The notes below the pieces were generated by a model. It saw only the letters and a program-made list of their open reading frames with translations, searched no databases and was not told the origin of the DNA. From Methanomassiliicoccales archaeon (GTDB lineage: Archaea; Thermoplasmatota; Thermoplasmata; Methanomassiliicoccales; JACIVX01), in contig JARYLV010000001.1 in the NCBI GenBank assembly GCA_029907465.1, positions 76,923 to 140,922 of the forward strand: a stretch of DNA of 64,000 nucleotides. Reading direction: 5' to 3'. Of the stretch, positions 20,473 to 31,129 are shown in pieces (the stretch's first letter is position 1; every line of letters starts with the position of its first letter). A program made the translations under genes and the position numbers.

Positions 20473-21618
20473 TTGGCACAATCTTCAAATGTCAAGGTGC
20501 TGGGAATGAAACAAATAGAAACCCTCTCGAGAATCGAAGAAATCATTGATCTCCAGGATGACTGGGAATCTCTCAGAGAGTCTTGTCGCGGTTCAATCTT
20601 CACATCATTTGAATGGTCTATTACTTGGCTTGAATGTTTCAAGCACTTCGCAGCACCTCACATTACCGTGCTAAGAGAGAACGGACAGATCAAGATCATA
20701 CTCCCGTTTGTCGCTTCAAAGATAAGGGTCATGAACATGAGTTTAGACAAACTTTGGTTAATCGGCAACCAAAGATCTGCGATCGAACTCTATGACCTCG
20801 ATGTCCTCAGACGCGTTTCTGATGAGAAGACAGCTATCGAGACAGTCGGAATGATCGATGAATTAGATTGGCACCTTCTCGAGCTTGCCAATATGAGAAA
20901 TACCGTTTTTTCAAGGAGTCTTTGTCAGCTGCTTCCATCAAAATGGAAGACTAACGATATTCTTACAACACCATGTCCATTTACTAGAATCTATCTGGCC
21001 GACGATCCGATTGAGCTTATTGGCAAACGGACGCGGAGAGCGATCAGAAAGATGATGTCAATTCTTAAAAATGAGAACAGAATGCAATTTGAGATAGCAG
21101 AAAGCCCGGATCAAATCAAAGAGTCAATCAATACATACATCAAATTACACAGGAAAAGATGGGAGAAGAAAGGAGGCAGCATTTTCTCCGATGAACACGC
21201 TGCCGACTTTCTTTTGAGAATATCAATGAAAATGGCTGCGGCTGGAAGCGGAGTATGCTATAATTTGATCATCGATGACGAGGTGGCAGCTCAGCTCCTT
21301 TGTTTTGACGATAGGGCCTGTGTGCGTGCATACAGGGTCGGGGTGAATGACGAATATCTCGACTATTCTCCAGGTAATATTGTGACATATCTCGCGATGA
21401 AGGATCTGAAACTCAAGGGAAAGAAGTATTTGGACTTCGCAAAAGGAGCAGAGGAATTCAAGTATCGAATGGGAGCGGAAGACCGCTATCTTCTGAGTGT
21501 TCATGGGATGAGAGGTGGCCTTGCCACGCTCTCGAAACTTGCAAACCTTCCATTGATACGGGCGCTCGTGCAAAAAACGAAAATAAAGGACTCAGTGCTC
21601 AAAGAAATTTATCGATGA
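20473..21618 (+). CDS. CelD/BcsL-like GNAT-fold acyltransferase (FemAB-like, Acetyltransf_6 type)
   Basis: 381 aa. The N-terminal pattern 'DDWESLRESCRGSIFTSFEWSITWLECF...IKIILPF' is typical of CelD-like proteins. TTG start at 20473 (alternative ATG near 20506). Confidence 0.55.
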   Translation: MAQSSNVKVLGMKQIETLSRIEEIIDLQDDWESLRESCRGSIFTSFEWSITWLECFKHFAAPHITVLRENGQIKIILPFVASKIRVMNMSLDKLWLIGNQRSAIELYDLDVLRRVSDEKTAIETVGMIDELDWHLLELANMRNTVFSRSLCQLLPSKWKTNDILTTPCPFTRIYLADDPIELIGKRTRRAIRKMMSILKNENRMQFEIAESPDQIKESINTYIKLHRKRWEKKGGSIFSDEHAADFLLRISMKMAAAGSGVCYNLIIDDEVAAQLLCFDDRACVRAYRVGVNDEYLDYSPGNIVTYLAMKDLKLKGKKYLDFAKGAEEFKYRMGAEDRYLLSVHGMRGGLATLSKLANLPLIRALVQKTKIKDSVLKEIYR

Positions 21619-21622
21619 GGTA

Positions 21623-22327
21623 TCAAAAGACCTCCGCGCCAGCGTGAACCTCGATGCCCCTGTTTGTGATCGAATAGGGCTTCACCCGCCTTGAATGATT
21701 GATCCTCCTCATTTTGAGAACTCTCAGGGTCAGCCTTATTTCGCCCTTATCTGGAGATTCTTCATACTGAAGCGAGATTACACCATCTGCCGTGTATTCT
21801 ATGAGACCGTCCCGCGATGCGAGAGGGTTATTGTCCTTGACTTCTGCTGTCATGACACATGTCGCTCCAGTCTTTTTTATCATCTGGGCGAGGTTAAAGA
21901 GGTTCGTGCGCTTCTCATGCTCCGATTCGAACAGCATATTTAGCAAGGAAATTGAATCGATGACGATCCTTCGCGCACCGAAGGACTTTATGAAGTCAGG
22001 GAGCTCGCTCTTAATCCTCGAGATCGTCGTCTTCGCATCTGTTGGCTCCAGCTTCACAACGACGAGATTCCTTGAGTCAATCGCCGGTTTCAGATCCCAT
22101 CCAAACGATTTTGCATCTTCAATAATCGACTGTTCATCTTCCTCGAGTGTGATATAGATGCCCTTTTCCCCATTTTTCAACCCCTCGTTTAGGAATTGAA
22201 GGCAGAACGTCGTCTTTCCTGTCCCAAACGAACCCATGACGACAATCGTGTGAGCGCGCGGAAATCCGCCGTTGAGCATTTCATCGAGGCCATTTATTCC
22301 AGTCTTCACCCTTTCATCTTGAACCAA
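21623..22327 (-). CDS. Single-domain KaiC/RecA-superfamily ATPase (COG0467-like)
   Basis: 234 aa. 'GINGLDEMLNGGFPRAHTIVVMGSFGTGKTTFCLQF' carries an intact Walker A; Walker B 'RIVIDSIS'. Confidence 0.85.
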   Translation of the reverse strand: MVQDERVKTGINGLDEMLNGGFPRAHTIVVMGSFGTGKTTFCLQFLNEGLKNGEKGIYITLEEDEQSIIEDAKSFGWDLKPAIDSRNLVVVKLEPTDAKTTISRIKSELPDFIKSFGARRIVIDSISLLNMLFESEHEKRTNLFNLAQMIKKTGATCVMTAEVKDNNPLASRDGLIEYTADGVISLQYEESPDKGEIRLTLRVLKMRRINHSRRVKPYSITNRGIEVHAGAEVF

Positions 22328-22331
22328 GTGA

Positions 22332-23171
22332 TCACCCTACCCGCTCCGTATCGATGACAACCAAACCGCTCTGGGCGGTCACGACGGTCGCAAATCGCGC
22401 GATCCTTTCCTTATCCAGGTGAGGAAGAATACTCATGAATTTCTCAACATACAGGTATCGCTGTCTCTTCGAGGAATGACTGAATTTACTCCATTCAAAC
22501 ACGAGCGCCCCATCAACGCTATCCATGATCATCTTTTGTTTGCGCTGATCCAGTATATCCTGAGTGAGAATCAGGTAAATGATCCCTCCCCATTTCTTCG
22601 AGACCCTCTGCATCCCGCGTAGAACTGAGACCAAATCCGCGATCTCAATCTTCGCGTTGACAGCAAGATCGGTGATTGAATCGATTATTACGAGACTATT
22701 TGGCGCGTTTTCATCGAGAAAGTTCACTAACCCCTCAAGCAGATTGTCCTCCACCTGGCTCTTGAACAGGGACGCTTCTTCGCCTGCCCATGTCGCTGGG
22801 ACCAACGTATGCCTGAAATAAGCACCAGAGAAGTCTTTAAAAATGACATGCTTCGCAAATGCGTTGTAGAAGTCCACGTTGAAGGAGACGGCAATTTCTT
22901 GGAGAATTTCCTCGCGCGATCGGGAGAAGGTTACATAACATAATCGGTCCGGCAAATCCCGGGTATCGACGTTTCGGCCGAGGAAAAAATTAGCTGTCTC
23001 AGGGTATTCTTTGACGAGGGCGAGTTTGGCGGCAGAGGTCAATGCAAATTCCTGCTGACCAGCTCCGAGCTCCCCTAACAAAAGGACAACAGAACCGGCA
23101 GGAAAGCCGCCTTTGATGATTGAATCAAAATCAGCTACACCAGTAGGTATTCTCTTAACGAGTGCACCCAT
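22332..23171 (-). CDS. KaiC/RecA-superfamily paralogue with a degenerate P-loop (probable pseudo-ATPase partner)
   Basis: 'GVADFDSIIKGGFPAGSVVLLLGELGAGQQEFALT' has the same fold signature, but the Walker A Lys-Thr/Ser is replaced by Gln-Gln. It ends 4 nt before the start of the intact ATPase gene. Confidence 0.7.
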   Translation of the reverse strand: MGALVKRIPTGVADFDSIIKGGFPAGSVVLLLGELGAGQQEFALTSAAKLALVKEYPETANFFLGRNVDTRDLPDRLCYVTFSRSREEILQEIAVSFNVDFYNAFAKHVIFKDFSGAYFRHTLVPATWAGEEASLFKSQVEDNLLEGLVNFLDENAPNSLVIIDSITDLAVNAKIEIADLVSVLRGMQRVSKKWGGIIYLILTQDILDQRKQKMIMDSVDGALVFEWSKFSHSSKRQRYLYVEKFMSILPHLDKERIARFATVVTAQSGLVVIDTERVG

Positions 23172-24010
23172 TCCCTACACCTGACTGGAAATGTATTCGA
23201 GTGCAGGCTTAAAGAATTTTCTGTCCGTGTTGGTCAAAGGATTGTCGGATTACTCGATTGAAATTCTATAAATAGTCATTAAAATTAGACCCCAGACATA
23301 CTCTCAAAAGTATCTACTCGGAGATCATGGGCCCCTAATCTCCATTTTCATGTCATTTATATCGGTCCTGAGAAATTCAAGATTGATTTTTCCAAAGAAC
23401 CCCCTTAACGCCATCTTAAAATTATCTATTGGCCAGTTGGCGAATATTGAAAACCCCTATTGTGATTGAATGACAAAATTAGGTGCATTCCCGAATGAAA
23501 TCTCAGGGCAGAAATTTTCCCGGCAAGTGGTAGAGAATAAAATCTCCTTTCAAAGATGATGAACATCAGTCCACGACAGCGTTTTTCAGCTACGACTTCA
23601 ATGGCCACCCTTTTATCGCTACCTCCATTACTTCTACGAAAGACATGGGTTAGTTTTCTCGCCATCCATCACATATTCTTTAAAATCAATTCGTGGATGT
23701 TTGCGATCCCCTATGCGAATTGCACAATGCTCCACGATTTTTCGTCGATGGGAATTCTCCGATGGAGGTGATGATATTGATATTGAAGTTGGTCTTTGCA
23801 TCTAGAAAGAGAATTTATCGTTCTAGCTGCCAAACACCTATTGATCCAGTTGCTTAAGTAAACTCATAATGAAATAAATATCACGATGATATTATAATTT
23901 CAAACTGCCATTAATCTCTTCTACAATCATTGGTTCGCGCAATAACTCTCTCATAGCAAGTTCTCAAACGCCACAAGACAAGAACGATCCTCGAGCACCA
24001 GTCTTCCGCA

Positions 24011-24490
24011 TTACCCGATTCTTTCCAAGCATTCAATTACCATGCGGATAAGGAGTTCGGCCGCCCTTCTTTTCACCTCTAATCGATTGCCTTCGATGAT
24101 TGCCTTTCTTACCTCCCCTATATCGTCGCCAAGATCGACAGCACAGTATACAAGACCAACCGGTTTTTTGTCTGTGCCACCGCCTGGCCCTGCGATGCCG
24201 GTGAGCGATGAACCGATACCAGCACCAGTAATTTCTCGGACGCCCTTTGCCATTTCCATCGCGGTTTGTTCGCTAACAGCGCCGAACTTTTCAAGGGTCG
24301 ACGGCTTGACGCCTAGCAGCTTAGTTTTCATCTCGTTGCTATAGGCGACAACGCCACCAACAAAATAATCGGAACTCCCAGGCACATCGGTAATGAGACT
24401 CGCAACGAGTCCCCCTGTCATCGACTCCGCAACGGCAATCGTTTTCCCCTTTTTTCTTAGTCTACATCCAAGCTCTTCCCCGAGCCCCAT
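24011..24490 (-). CDS. pncC: CinA C-terminal domain protein / NMN deamidase (PncC-like)
   Basis: 'TIAVAESMTGGLVASLITDVPGSSDYFVGGVVAYSNEMK...GIAGPGGG'. Confidence 0.85.
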   Translation of the reverse strand: MGLGEELGCRLRKKGKTIAVAESMTGGLVASLITDVPGSSDYFVGGVVAYSNEMKTKLLGVKPSTLEKFGAVSEQTAMEMAKGVREITGAGIGSSLTGIAGPGGGTDKKPVGLVYCAVDLGDDIGEVRKAIIEGNRLEVKRRAAELLIRMVIECLERIG

Positions 24491-24498
24491 AAGAAACC

Positions 24499-25065
<567 letters not shown>

Positions 25066-25107
25066 TCAAATTTTCTAGCAAATCGATATAAAATATATTG
25101 AAAAAAA

Positions 25108-27105
25108 TTACTGGGTCGTAGGTCTTCCAGTGCCAGGCACAGTCGCGCTTTCTACCATTGAAGCGAGCTTCCTCAACAGACCTTCCTTCTTCGTGCCACC
25201 AACAAGCGCGTGGCTTAGCACTTCACTCAGGTTTTCCACTGGCACAATTTCGATTTTGCCGACGTACCTTTCTTCGAGTACAACGTCCTTCATGTTCTCC
25301 TTAGGAATAAGAACCTTCTTTATCCCAGCTTCTGCTGCCGCCTCAATTTTCGCGGTCACCCCGCCAACAGGCAAGACTTTGCCTCTCACGCTGAGACTTC
25401 CAGTCATTGCAACGGACTGATCAACAGGTACGTCCTCGAAGGCTGAAATGACCGCCGTTGCGACGGAAATCGAGGCGCTGTCACCCTCAACACCATCGTA
25501 CGATCCGACGAACTGAACGTGCACGTCATGGTTGCTGATGTCTTCGCCTGTATACTTCTTTATGAGTGCCGAGACATTCTGCACTGCTTCCCTGGCAATT
25601 TCACCAAGCCGGCCAGTTGCGATGATCTTCCCACCGTTTTTGGTCTGTGCTGGAGTCACTTCAGCAACGATTGGGAGTACGACACCAGAATATTCAGCCA
25701 TGCTTGACTCAGTGTTGAGCGCGGCGAGCCCGTTGACAACGCCGACCGCAGACCCTTCCGTCACGAAGGTCTTGTACATCTTTCGGATCTCAATGTAGCG
25801 ATCCGCGACTTGCTGCTCAAGGCTTCTCGCAATTTTCTTTGCCCTTATGACGTGATCGGCCGTTACAATCGGCTTGTTTTCCTCTCGCGCGATGTCACCA
25901 GCGACCCTGATCAACCCCCCTAGCTCTCTCAACCTGAGGGTCAGTTGTCCACGCCTTCCAGCCCGGCGCTGTGCCTCTTTAATAATTTCTGCAACAGCGC
26001 TCTTGTCGAAGTGGGGAATCTTCTTGTCCTTCGCGACCTCCTGTGCCACGAACCTGATGAGCTTTTGTCTGTTCTCGTTTGTGTCGTCCATCGTCGACTT
26101 CATATAGACCTCGTAACCGTACCCACGAATCCTCGACCGCAACGCTGGATGCATTCCTTGGACGGCATCGAGGTTACCAGCACACACAAGAATGAAATCA
26201 CATGGAACAGGCTCGCTCTTCACCATCGCACCAGAACTTCTCTCGCTCTGACCAGTGATCGGGAACTTCCCCTCCTGGAGCGCTGTGAGCAGGCTCTGCT
26301 GGGACTCAATCCTCAGCATGTTGATTTCGTCGATAAAAAGAACGCCCTTGGACGCCTTGTGGATCGCACCGACCTCGAGTCTCTCATGCGCGGGTGTCTC
26401 AAGACCACCGCTCTGGAAGGGGTCGTGTTTGACATCGCCGAGCAACGCGCCAGCATGTGCTCCCGTTGCATCGATAAACGGTGGCATCTCCCCCTCTTCA
26501 TGAGATATGAGGAGTTTCGGCACCATGATATTCTCCTGCCTCGTGCCAGAATACCTCATAGCAAAGAAGATGATGGCAGCTGCCACAATCCCAATGAGAA
26601 TGATACCAGGATCATGCATCCCTGACTGGATATAAAGGATAACTGTGAGGATGATGATCATGAAAACGATTCCAGTCACCATTGATGCCTTCTGCTGCCT
26701 CCGCTGCATCGCTTCCCGCTTCTGCGCTGCGACAATTTCTTTTCCTTTTCCGGCAGGGACAACCCTGATCTTGGGTTCATTTGGATCTTCTGGGTTGTGA
26801 TAGGCGATGACGTCCTGAAGTTCACCCTTTGGGAGGAATTCAGTCATTGACCGGGCCAGCATGCTTTTCCCCGTACCTGGATCACCGATCAGCATGACGT
26901 GGCGCTTCTGCTCGGCTGCTTTCTTGATCACCTCGACGGCCGCATCCTGCCCGATAACCTGATCGGCGAGCTTTTCCGGGATCTTGATGTCGGCTGTCGT
27001 CGTGAAATTCTGCGTCTTGATCCATTCGTCAACATCAGGGAGTTCTTCAACAGGTCTCTCGTCTGTCATATCCACTTGACTCGTTTCACTCATATCTGTT
27101 ACCAC
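25108..27105 (-). CDS. lonB: Archaeal membrane-bound Lon protease (LonB)
   Basis: The AAA+ Walker A 'GDPGTGKS' is interrupted by two TM helices ([14 protein letters not shown]..., [15 protein letters not shown]). A C-terminal Lon proteolytic domain follows ('[17 protein letters not shown]'). Confidence 0.95.
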   Translation of the reverse strand: MVTDMSETSQVDMTDERPVEELPDVDEWIKTQNFTTTADIKIPEKLADQVIGQDAAVEVIKKAAEQKRHVMLIGDPGTGKSMLARSMTEFLPKGELQDVIAYHNPEDPNEPKIRVVPAGKGKEIVAAQKREAMQRRQQKASMVTGIVFMIIILTVILYIQSGMHDPGIILIGIVAAAIIFFAMRYSGTRQENIMVPKLLISHEEGEMPPFIDATGAHAGALLGDVKHDPFQSGGLETPAHERLEVGAIHKASKGVLFIDEINMLRIESQQSLLTALQEGKFPITGQSERSSGAMVKSEPVPCDFILVCAGNLDAVQGMHPALRSRIRGYGYEVYMKSTMDDTNENRQKLIRFVAQEVAKDKKIPHFDKSAVAEIIKEAQRRAGRRGQLTLRLRELGGLIRVAGDIAREENKPIVTADHVIRAKKIARSLEQQVADRYIEIRKMYKTFVTEGSAVGVVNGLAALNTESSMAEYSGVVLPIVAEVTPAQTKNGGKIIATGRLGEIAREAVQNVSALIKKYTGEDISNHDVHVQFVGSYDGVEGDSASISVATAVISAFEDVPVDQSVAMTGSLSVRGKVLPVGGVTAKIEAAAEAGIKKVLIPKENMKDVVLEERYVGKIEIVPVENLSEVLSHALVGGTKKEGLLRKLASMVESATVPGTGRPTTQ

Positions 27106-27224
27106 TAATTAAGCATTTCCCCAAGTTTTTGACTTTTGATCGTGATCCAGATATTCAATTTAATGGAAAAGACATTGATGACAGGGGACGTCATTAAGTA
27201 TCCAAAGTCGATTCACCTGACCAA

Positions 27225-28154
27225 ATGATGGGGAAAAAATCAAGTGCCCTTGCCTTACTCGCAGCAGTTCTCATGTGGTCGTCTTCATTCCCGCTGTTAA
27301 AATTATGTATTGGTTATCTCCCGCCCATCACACTCGCCGCGATACGCTACCTGGTCGCGGCATCTTTCATGTTCCTTATCGTTGTCACGATACGTGGGAA
27401 AAAGGAGACTATACAGAAGTTCTCCGATAACTGGAAGAAGCTCACATTACTTGGATTTATTGGCATCGCACTTCCAAATGCCGCACTCAATCTGGGGTTG
27501 CAGTATACGACCGCAAGCCTCTCGTCCATCATTCAGGCATCTGGACCTGCATTTACGATCGTGCTTGCGGTGCTCATACTCGGCGATAAATTAACGCCGC
27601 GCAAAGTCGCTGGTCTTATTTTAGCTCTCATTGGAACGATCCTGTTAGTAAGGGGCGAGGACAATGGTCTCGAGCATGGAGCAATGATCGGGAATTTGCT
27701 CGTGCTTACCTCCGCCGTCTCTTATTCATTCTCCGGCGTTCTCGCAAAGAAAGAATTGGCAACAAATGAACCAGCGATCGTCAACTGTTGGAGCCTCATT
27801 ACAGGTTCCTTGATCCTATCTCTTGCAATTCCATTGGAGGAGAATAATGGTGTGGCGATTCCTCCAGATATCGTTCTCATCATCCTCTTTCTCGCGCTTT
27901 TCCCAGGTTGCATCGCGTTTCTCCTATACTATCAGGTATTAAAGGAACAAAGTCTGAGCTCGATCTCCTATTTCCTTTATCTGATACCCTTGTTCTCGAC
28001 AATGATATCGATTCCGATGCTCGGGGAAACGGTCACTTTGAAAACCGCCCTATTTGCCATACTTATTATAGCGGGTGTGGCCATTTCTCAATATAATCCT
28101 TTAGGTGATGGAGAAAAGAAAAATGACGTTGGAAAAGCTCGGAATTCCCGATGA
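27225..28154 (+). CDS. DMT-superfamily transporter (EamA domains x2)
   Basis: 309 aa with 10 predicted TM segments and duplicated EamA-like halves. Confidence 0.8.
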   Translation: MMGKKSSALALLAAVLMWSSSFPLLKLCIGYLPPITLAAIRYLVAASFMFLIVVTIRGKKETIQKFSDNWKKLTLLGFIGIALPNAALNLGLQYTTASLSSIIQASGPAFTIVLAVLILGDKLTPRKVAGLILALIGTILLVRGEDNGLEHGAMIGNLLVLTSAVSYSFSGVLAKKELATNEPAIVNCWSLITGSLILSLAIPLEENNGVAIPPDIVLIILFLALFPGCIAFLLYYQVLKEQSLSSISYFLYLIPLFSTMISIPMLGETVTLKTALFAILIIAGVAISQYNPLGDGEKKNDVGKARNSR

Positions 28155-30321
28155 TGTCGTCAAAGTCTTGAAAAAGGACGGGATCGTCAATTTATATCCA
28201 CCGCAAGCGGAGGCGCTCCCCTACGCGCTGGCAGGCAAGAGTCTCGTGCTCGCAGTTCCGACTGCCAGTGGAAAATCCCTGGTCGCCTATCTCGCGGCAC
28301 TCAAGCATGTATTGGAGCGTGGCGGAAAAGTCCTTTACATCGTTCCGCTTAGAGCACTCGCAACAGAGAAATACGAAGACCTGAAGAAGTTCGAGGAACT
28401 GGGAATTAGAGTGGAAATGTCCGTGGGCGACTTTGATACGCCTGATCCCGAGCTCGAAAGATTTGATATTATCGTTGCGACATCTGAAAAAGCGGATTCC
28501 TTACTTCGCCATAGAAGTCGATGGCTCGAAAGAATCTCGCTTGTTGTGGCCGATGAAATCCACCTCATCCACGATCCTGAGCGTGGACCGACCCTCGAGA
28601 TCACGCTTGCCCGCTTCCGATTATTCAACCCAAACATACAAATCATTGCCCTCTCCGCGACTATCAAAAACTCGAAGGAACTCGCCGATTGGTTAAACGC
28701 GATTCACATCTCTAGCAATTGGAGACCGGTGCCATTAAAAGAGGGTGTTCTCTGCGGAGGGATCATTAAATTCACCGACAACACAGTGAGGGAGATAAGA
28801 GATCGTGGGGATATCATTTGGAGCCTAATCTCTGACGCGATCCTCACTGGTGGCCAGTGTCTCATTTTCGTCAATACACGGAAGTCCGCAGAATCCCTTG
28901 CTGTCCGATATGCTCCGAAAATGAAAGAGATCATAAAAGATCGTGTGGAAATCGATGGTCTAGATGACCTCATCGACGAAGATGAGCCAACGTCGGTCGG
29001 CAAGCGGCTGAAGAGCTGCATGAAGAAGGGCATCGCCTTTCATCACGCTGGTTTGACGAATGAGCAGAGGAAGCTTGTCGAGAAGAGCTTCAGGAACGGC
29101 ACGATTAAGTGCATCGTCGCGACTCCGACTCTCGCTGCAGGGATCAATCTGCCGGCCAGAATGGTCGTCATCAGGGATGTCTACCGCTACGAATCCGACG
29201 TCGGCAACGTTTCCATACCTGTGTTAGAAATCAAGCAGATGTGTGGGCGTGCTGGAAGACCGAGATTCGATCCGTACGGTGAGGCGGTGCTTATTGCACG
29301 CAATGAAGGCGAAATGAGTTTTCTGATGGAGAATTATCTTCTTGGCGAACCCGAGGAAATCTTTTCAAAACTCGGCAATGAATCCGTTCTGCGCAGTCAT
29401 ATCCTCGCGGCGATCGCGACGGGCGTTGCGAATTCGATGGAGACCCTGATGAGTTTCTTCAGCATGACATTTTTCGCGCATCAGGTGAGCATTGAAGGTT
29501 TGAGCGACGCGGCGGAGAGAATCATTGATTTTCTCGAAAAAGAAGGGATGATAAGGGTAAACGGGGGAATTCTCCCGACCTTTTTTGGGAGGAGGGTCTC
29601 CGATCTTTACATCGACCCATTAACAGCGGTGAGACTAAGAGACGCGTTGAAAGCATATAAGGTGGGGGCGTCTGATTTTGGACTCCTACATGCAATTTGC
29701 TCGACGCCCGATATGAGGCATATGTACCTCAAACGGGGAGAATATGAAGCAATTGAGGAGATCTATTCACTGAGAAAAAATGAACTCTTGATCCCTCCGC
29801 CAGAAGATCTGACCGAGTATGAATTCTATCTATCAGAACTCAAAACTGCGTGCGCCCTTGAGGAGTGGGTCGAGGAGGTTGGCGAGGAGGAAATCCTCGA
29901 GAAATACAATATGGGACCAGGTGACCTCAGGAACAAAGTTGAGATCGCTGAATGGCTCTTATATTCGATGAGGGAACTCGCGAATATCTTTAACAGAGAG
30001 GCGTACCCTGCGCTAAATGATCTTGTCACCAGGGTAAGGTATGGGGTGAGAAAGGAGCTCCTTGATCTCGTGAAGTTGCGGGGTGTCGGGAGGGTGAGGG
30101 CAAGAATGCTTTTCAATAGCGGCTTCAAGACACTCGACGATCTGAGGAATGCAGAGCTTCATGCAATTGCGCGCGTACCACGGATAGGTGAGGCACTCGC
30201 CCGTAGCATCAAAGCACAGGTAGAGCCGGCCGGAAAACCAGGACTGATAGCGCCGTCAAAAGAATTGCGTGTTGAAAGGGAGACGACAATAGAAGGACAA
30301 CGAAAGTTAACGGATTTTTAA
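28123..30321 (+). CDS. hel308: Ski2-like DNA helicase Hel308
   Basis: 'LYPPQAEAL', Walker A 'PTASGKS', 'DEIH', 'TPTLAAGINLPA' and a C-terminal HhH-like tail. I chose the ATG at 28123 (MTLEKLGIP...). The ORF track allows GTG 28105 or ATG 28108, which would overlap the EamA gene further. Confidence 0.9.
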   Translation: MTLEKLGIPDDVVKVLKKDGIVNLYPPQAEALPYALAGKSLVLAVPTASGKSLVAYLAALKHVLERGGKVLYIVPLRALATEKYEDLKKFEELGIRVEMSVGDFDTPDPELERFDIIVATSEKADSLLRHRSRWLERISLVVADEIHLIHDPERGPTLEITLARFRLFNPNIQIIALSATIKNSKELADWLNAIHISSNWRPVPLKEGVLCGGIIKFTDNTVREIRDRGDIIWSLISDAILTGGQCLIFVNTRKSAESLAVRYAPKMKEIIKDRVEIDGLDDLIDEDEPTSVGKRLKSCMKKGIAFHHAGLTNEQRKLVEKSFRNGTIKCIVATPTLAAGINLPARMVVIRDVYRYESDVGNVSIPVLEIKQMCGRAGRPRFDPYGEAVLIARNEGEMSFLMENYLLGEPEEIFSKLGNESVLRSHILAAIATGVANSMETLMSFFSMTFFAHQVSIEGLSDAAERIIDFLEKEGMIRVNGGILPTFFGRRVSDLYIDPLTAVRLRDALKAYKVGASDFGLLHAICSTPDMRHMYLKRGEYEAIEEIYSLRKNELLIPPPEDLTEYEFYLSELKTACALEEWVEEVGEEEILEKYNMGPGDLRNKVEIAEWLLYSMRELANIFNREAYPALNDLVTRVRYGVRKELLDLVKLRGVGRVRARMLFNSGFKTLDDLRNAELHAIARVPRIGEALARSIKAQVEPAGKPGLIAPSKELRVERETTIEGQRKLTDF

Positions 30322-31031
30322 AAATCGATCATCGCACGGGTGACACTAAACTGATCACCCTTCTTAAGAAGCGAAAAGTAGCTTGTCACATGATCGGCTT
30401 CTCTCATTTTAACGCATCTTATCTTCCTCAATACCTCTCCTTCTTTTTCCTCAGTCATCCTGAGATGAATGATCCCGTCGGCCAGGAAATCCGCGTCGTG
30501 CGGCCCGTAACAAGTGAAGTGCCCCACGGGCATTTCAGAAATAATAAGGGTCGTGATATCGAGAGATCTCAGCCATTCAAACAGTCTGAACATATCTTCC
30601 CGGGGTCTCGTAAAATTCGAGATGATCTCGAGAGCGCCAAGGGAATCGATTACCAATAACTCATAATTCATTCTACGCTTTATCTCATTGACAGCAAATC
30701 GAAAAGTATCAAACCAATTAGGCCCTTCTGCCTTTTTCCGTAACTCTCCCATATCAAGAATCTCGACGCAGCCCTTCGTCTCACCTCGCAATCCCATCTT
30801 TTCCATTTGTCGGAGAAGGCTTCTCCTGCTCTGTTCAAGAGAGAGATACAGACCGTTGACGCCTTCGTGCTTTGCGTTCATAAAAAGGATATAATAAGCG
30901 ATGGAAGATTTCATCGTGCCAGTTTCGCCAGCAATAAGAACGATATGCCCCTGTGGAATGCCACCGTCGATATTTTCATCGAAGCCATTTATGTAGGTTT
31001 TAAATTTCATTCGGCGCTCGTTTTCGTTCAT
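30318..31031 (-). CDS. Single-domain KaiC/RecA-superfamily ATPase
   Basis: 'INGFDENIDGGIPQGHIVLIAGETGTMKSSIAYY' (Walker A GxxGxxKS) and 'LLVIDSLG'. 237 aa. Confidence 0.8.
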   Translation of the reverse strand: MNENERRMKFKTYINGFDENIDGGIPQGHIVLIAGETGTMKSSIAYYILFMNAKHEGVNGLYLSLEQSRRSLLRQMEKMGLRGETKGCVEILDMGELRKKAEGPNWFDTFRFAVNEIKRRMNYELLVIDSLGALEIISNFTRPREDMFRLFEWLRSLDITTLIISEMPVGHFTCYGPHDADFLADGIIHLRMTEEKEGEVLRKIRCVKMREADHVTSYFSLLKKGDQFSVTRAMIDF

Positions 31032-31129
31032 TTTGGTCCTGATGAAAATAGGTTTCGTAGCTAAATATCATTTGTCTATGGAAAGTATCAAGAAATCGCT
31101 GGACTAAACCAAAATACTCGAATCCCATT

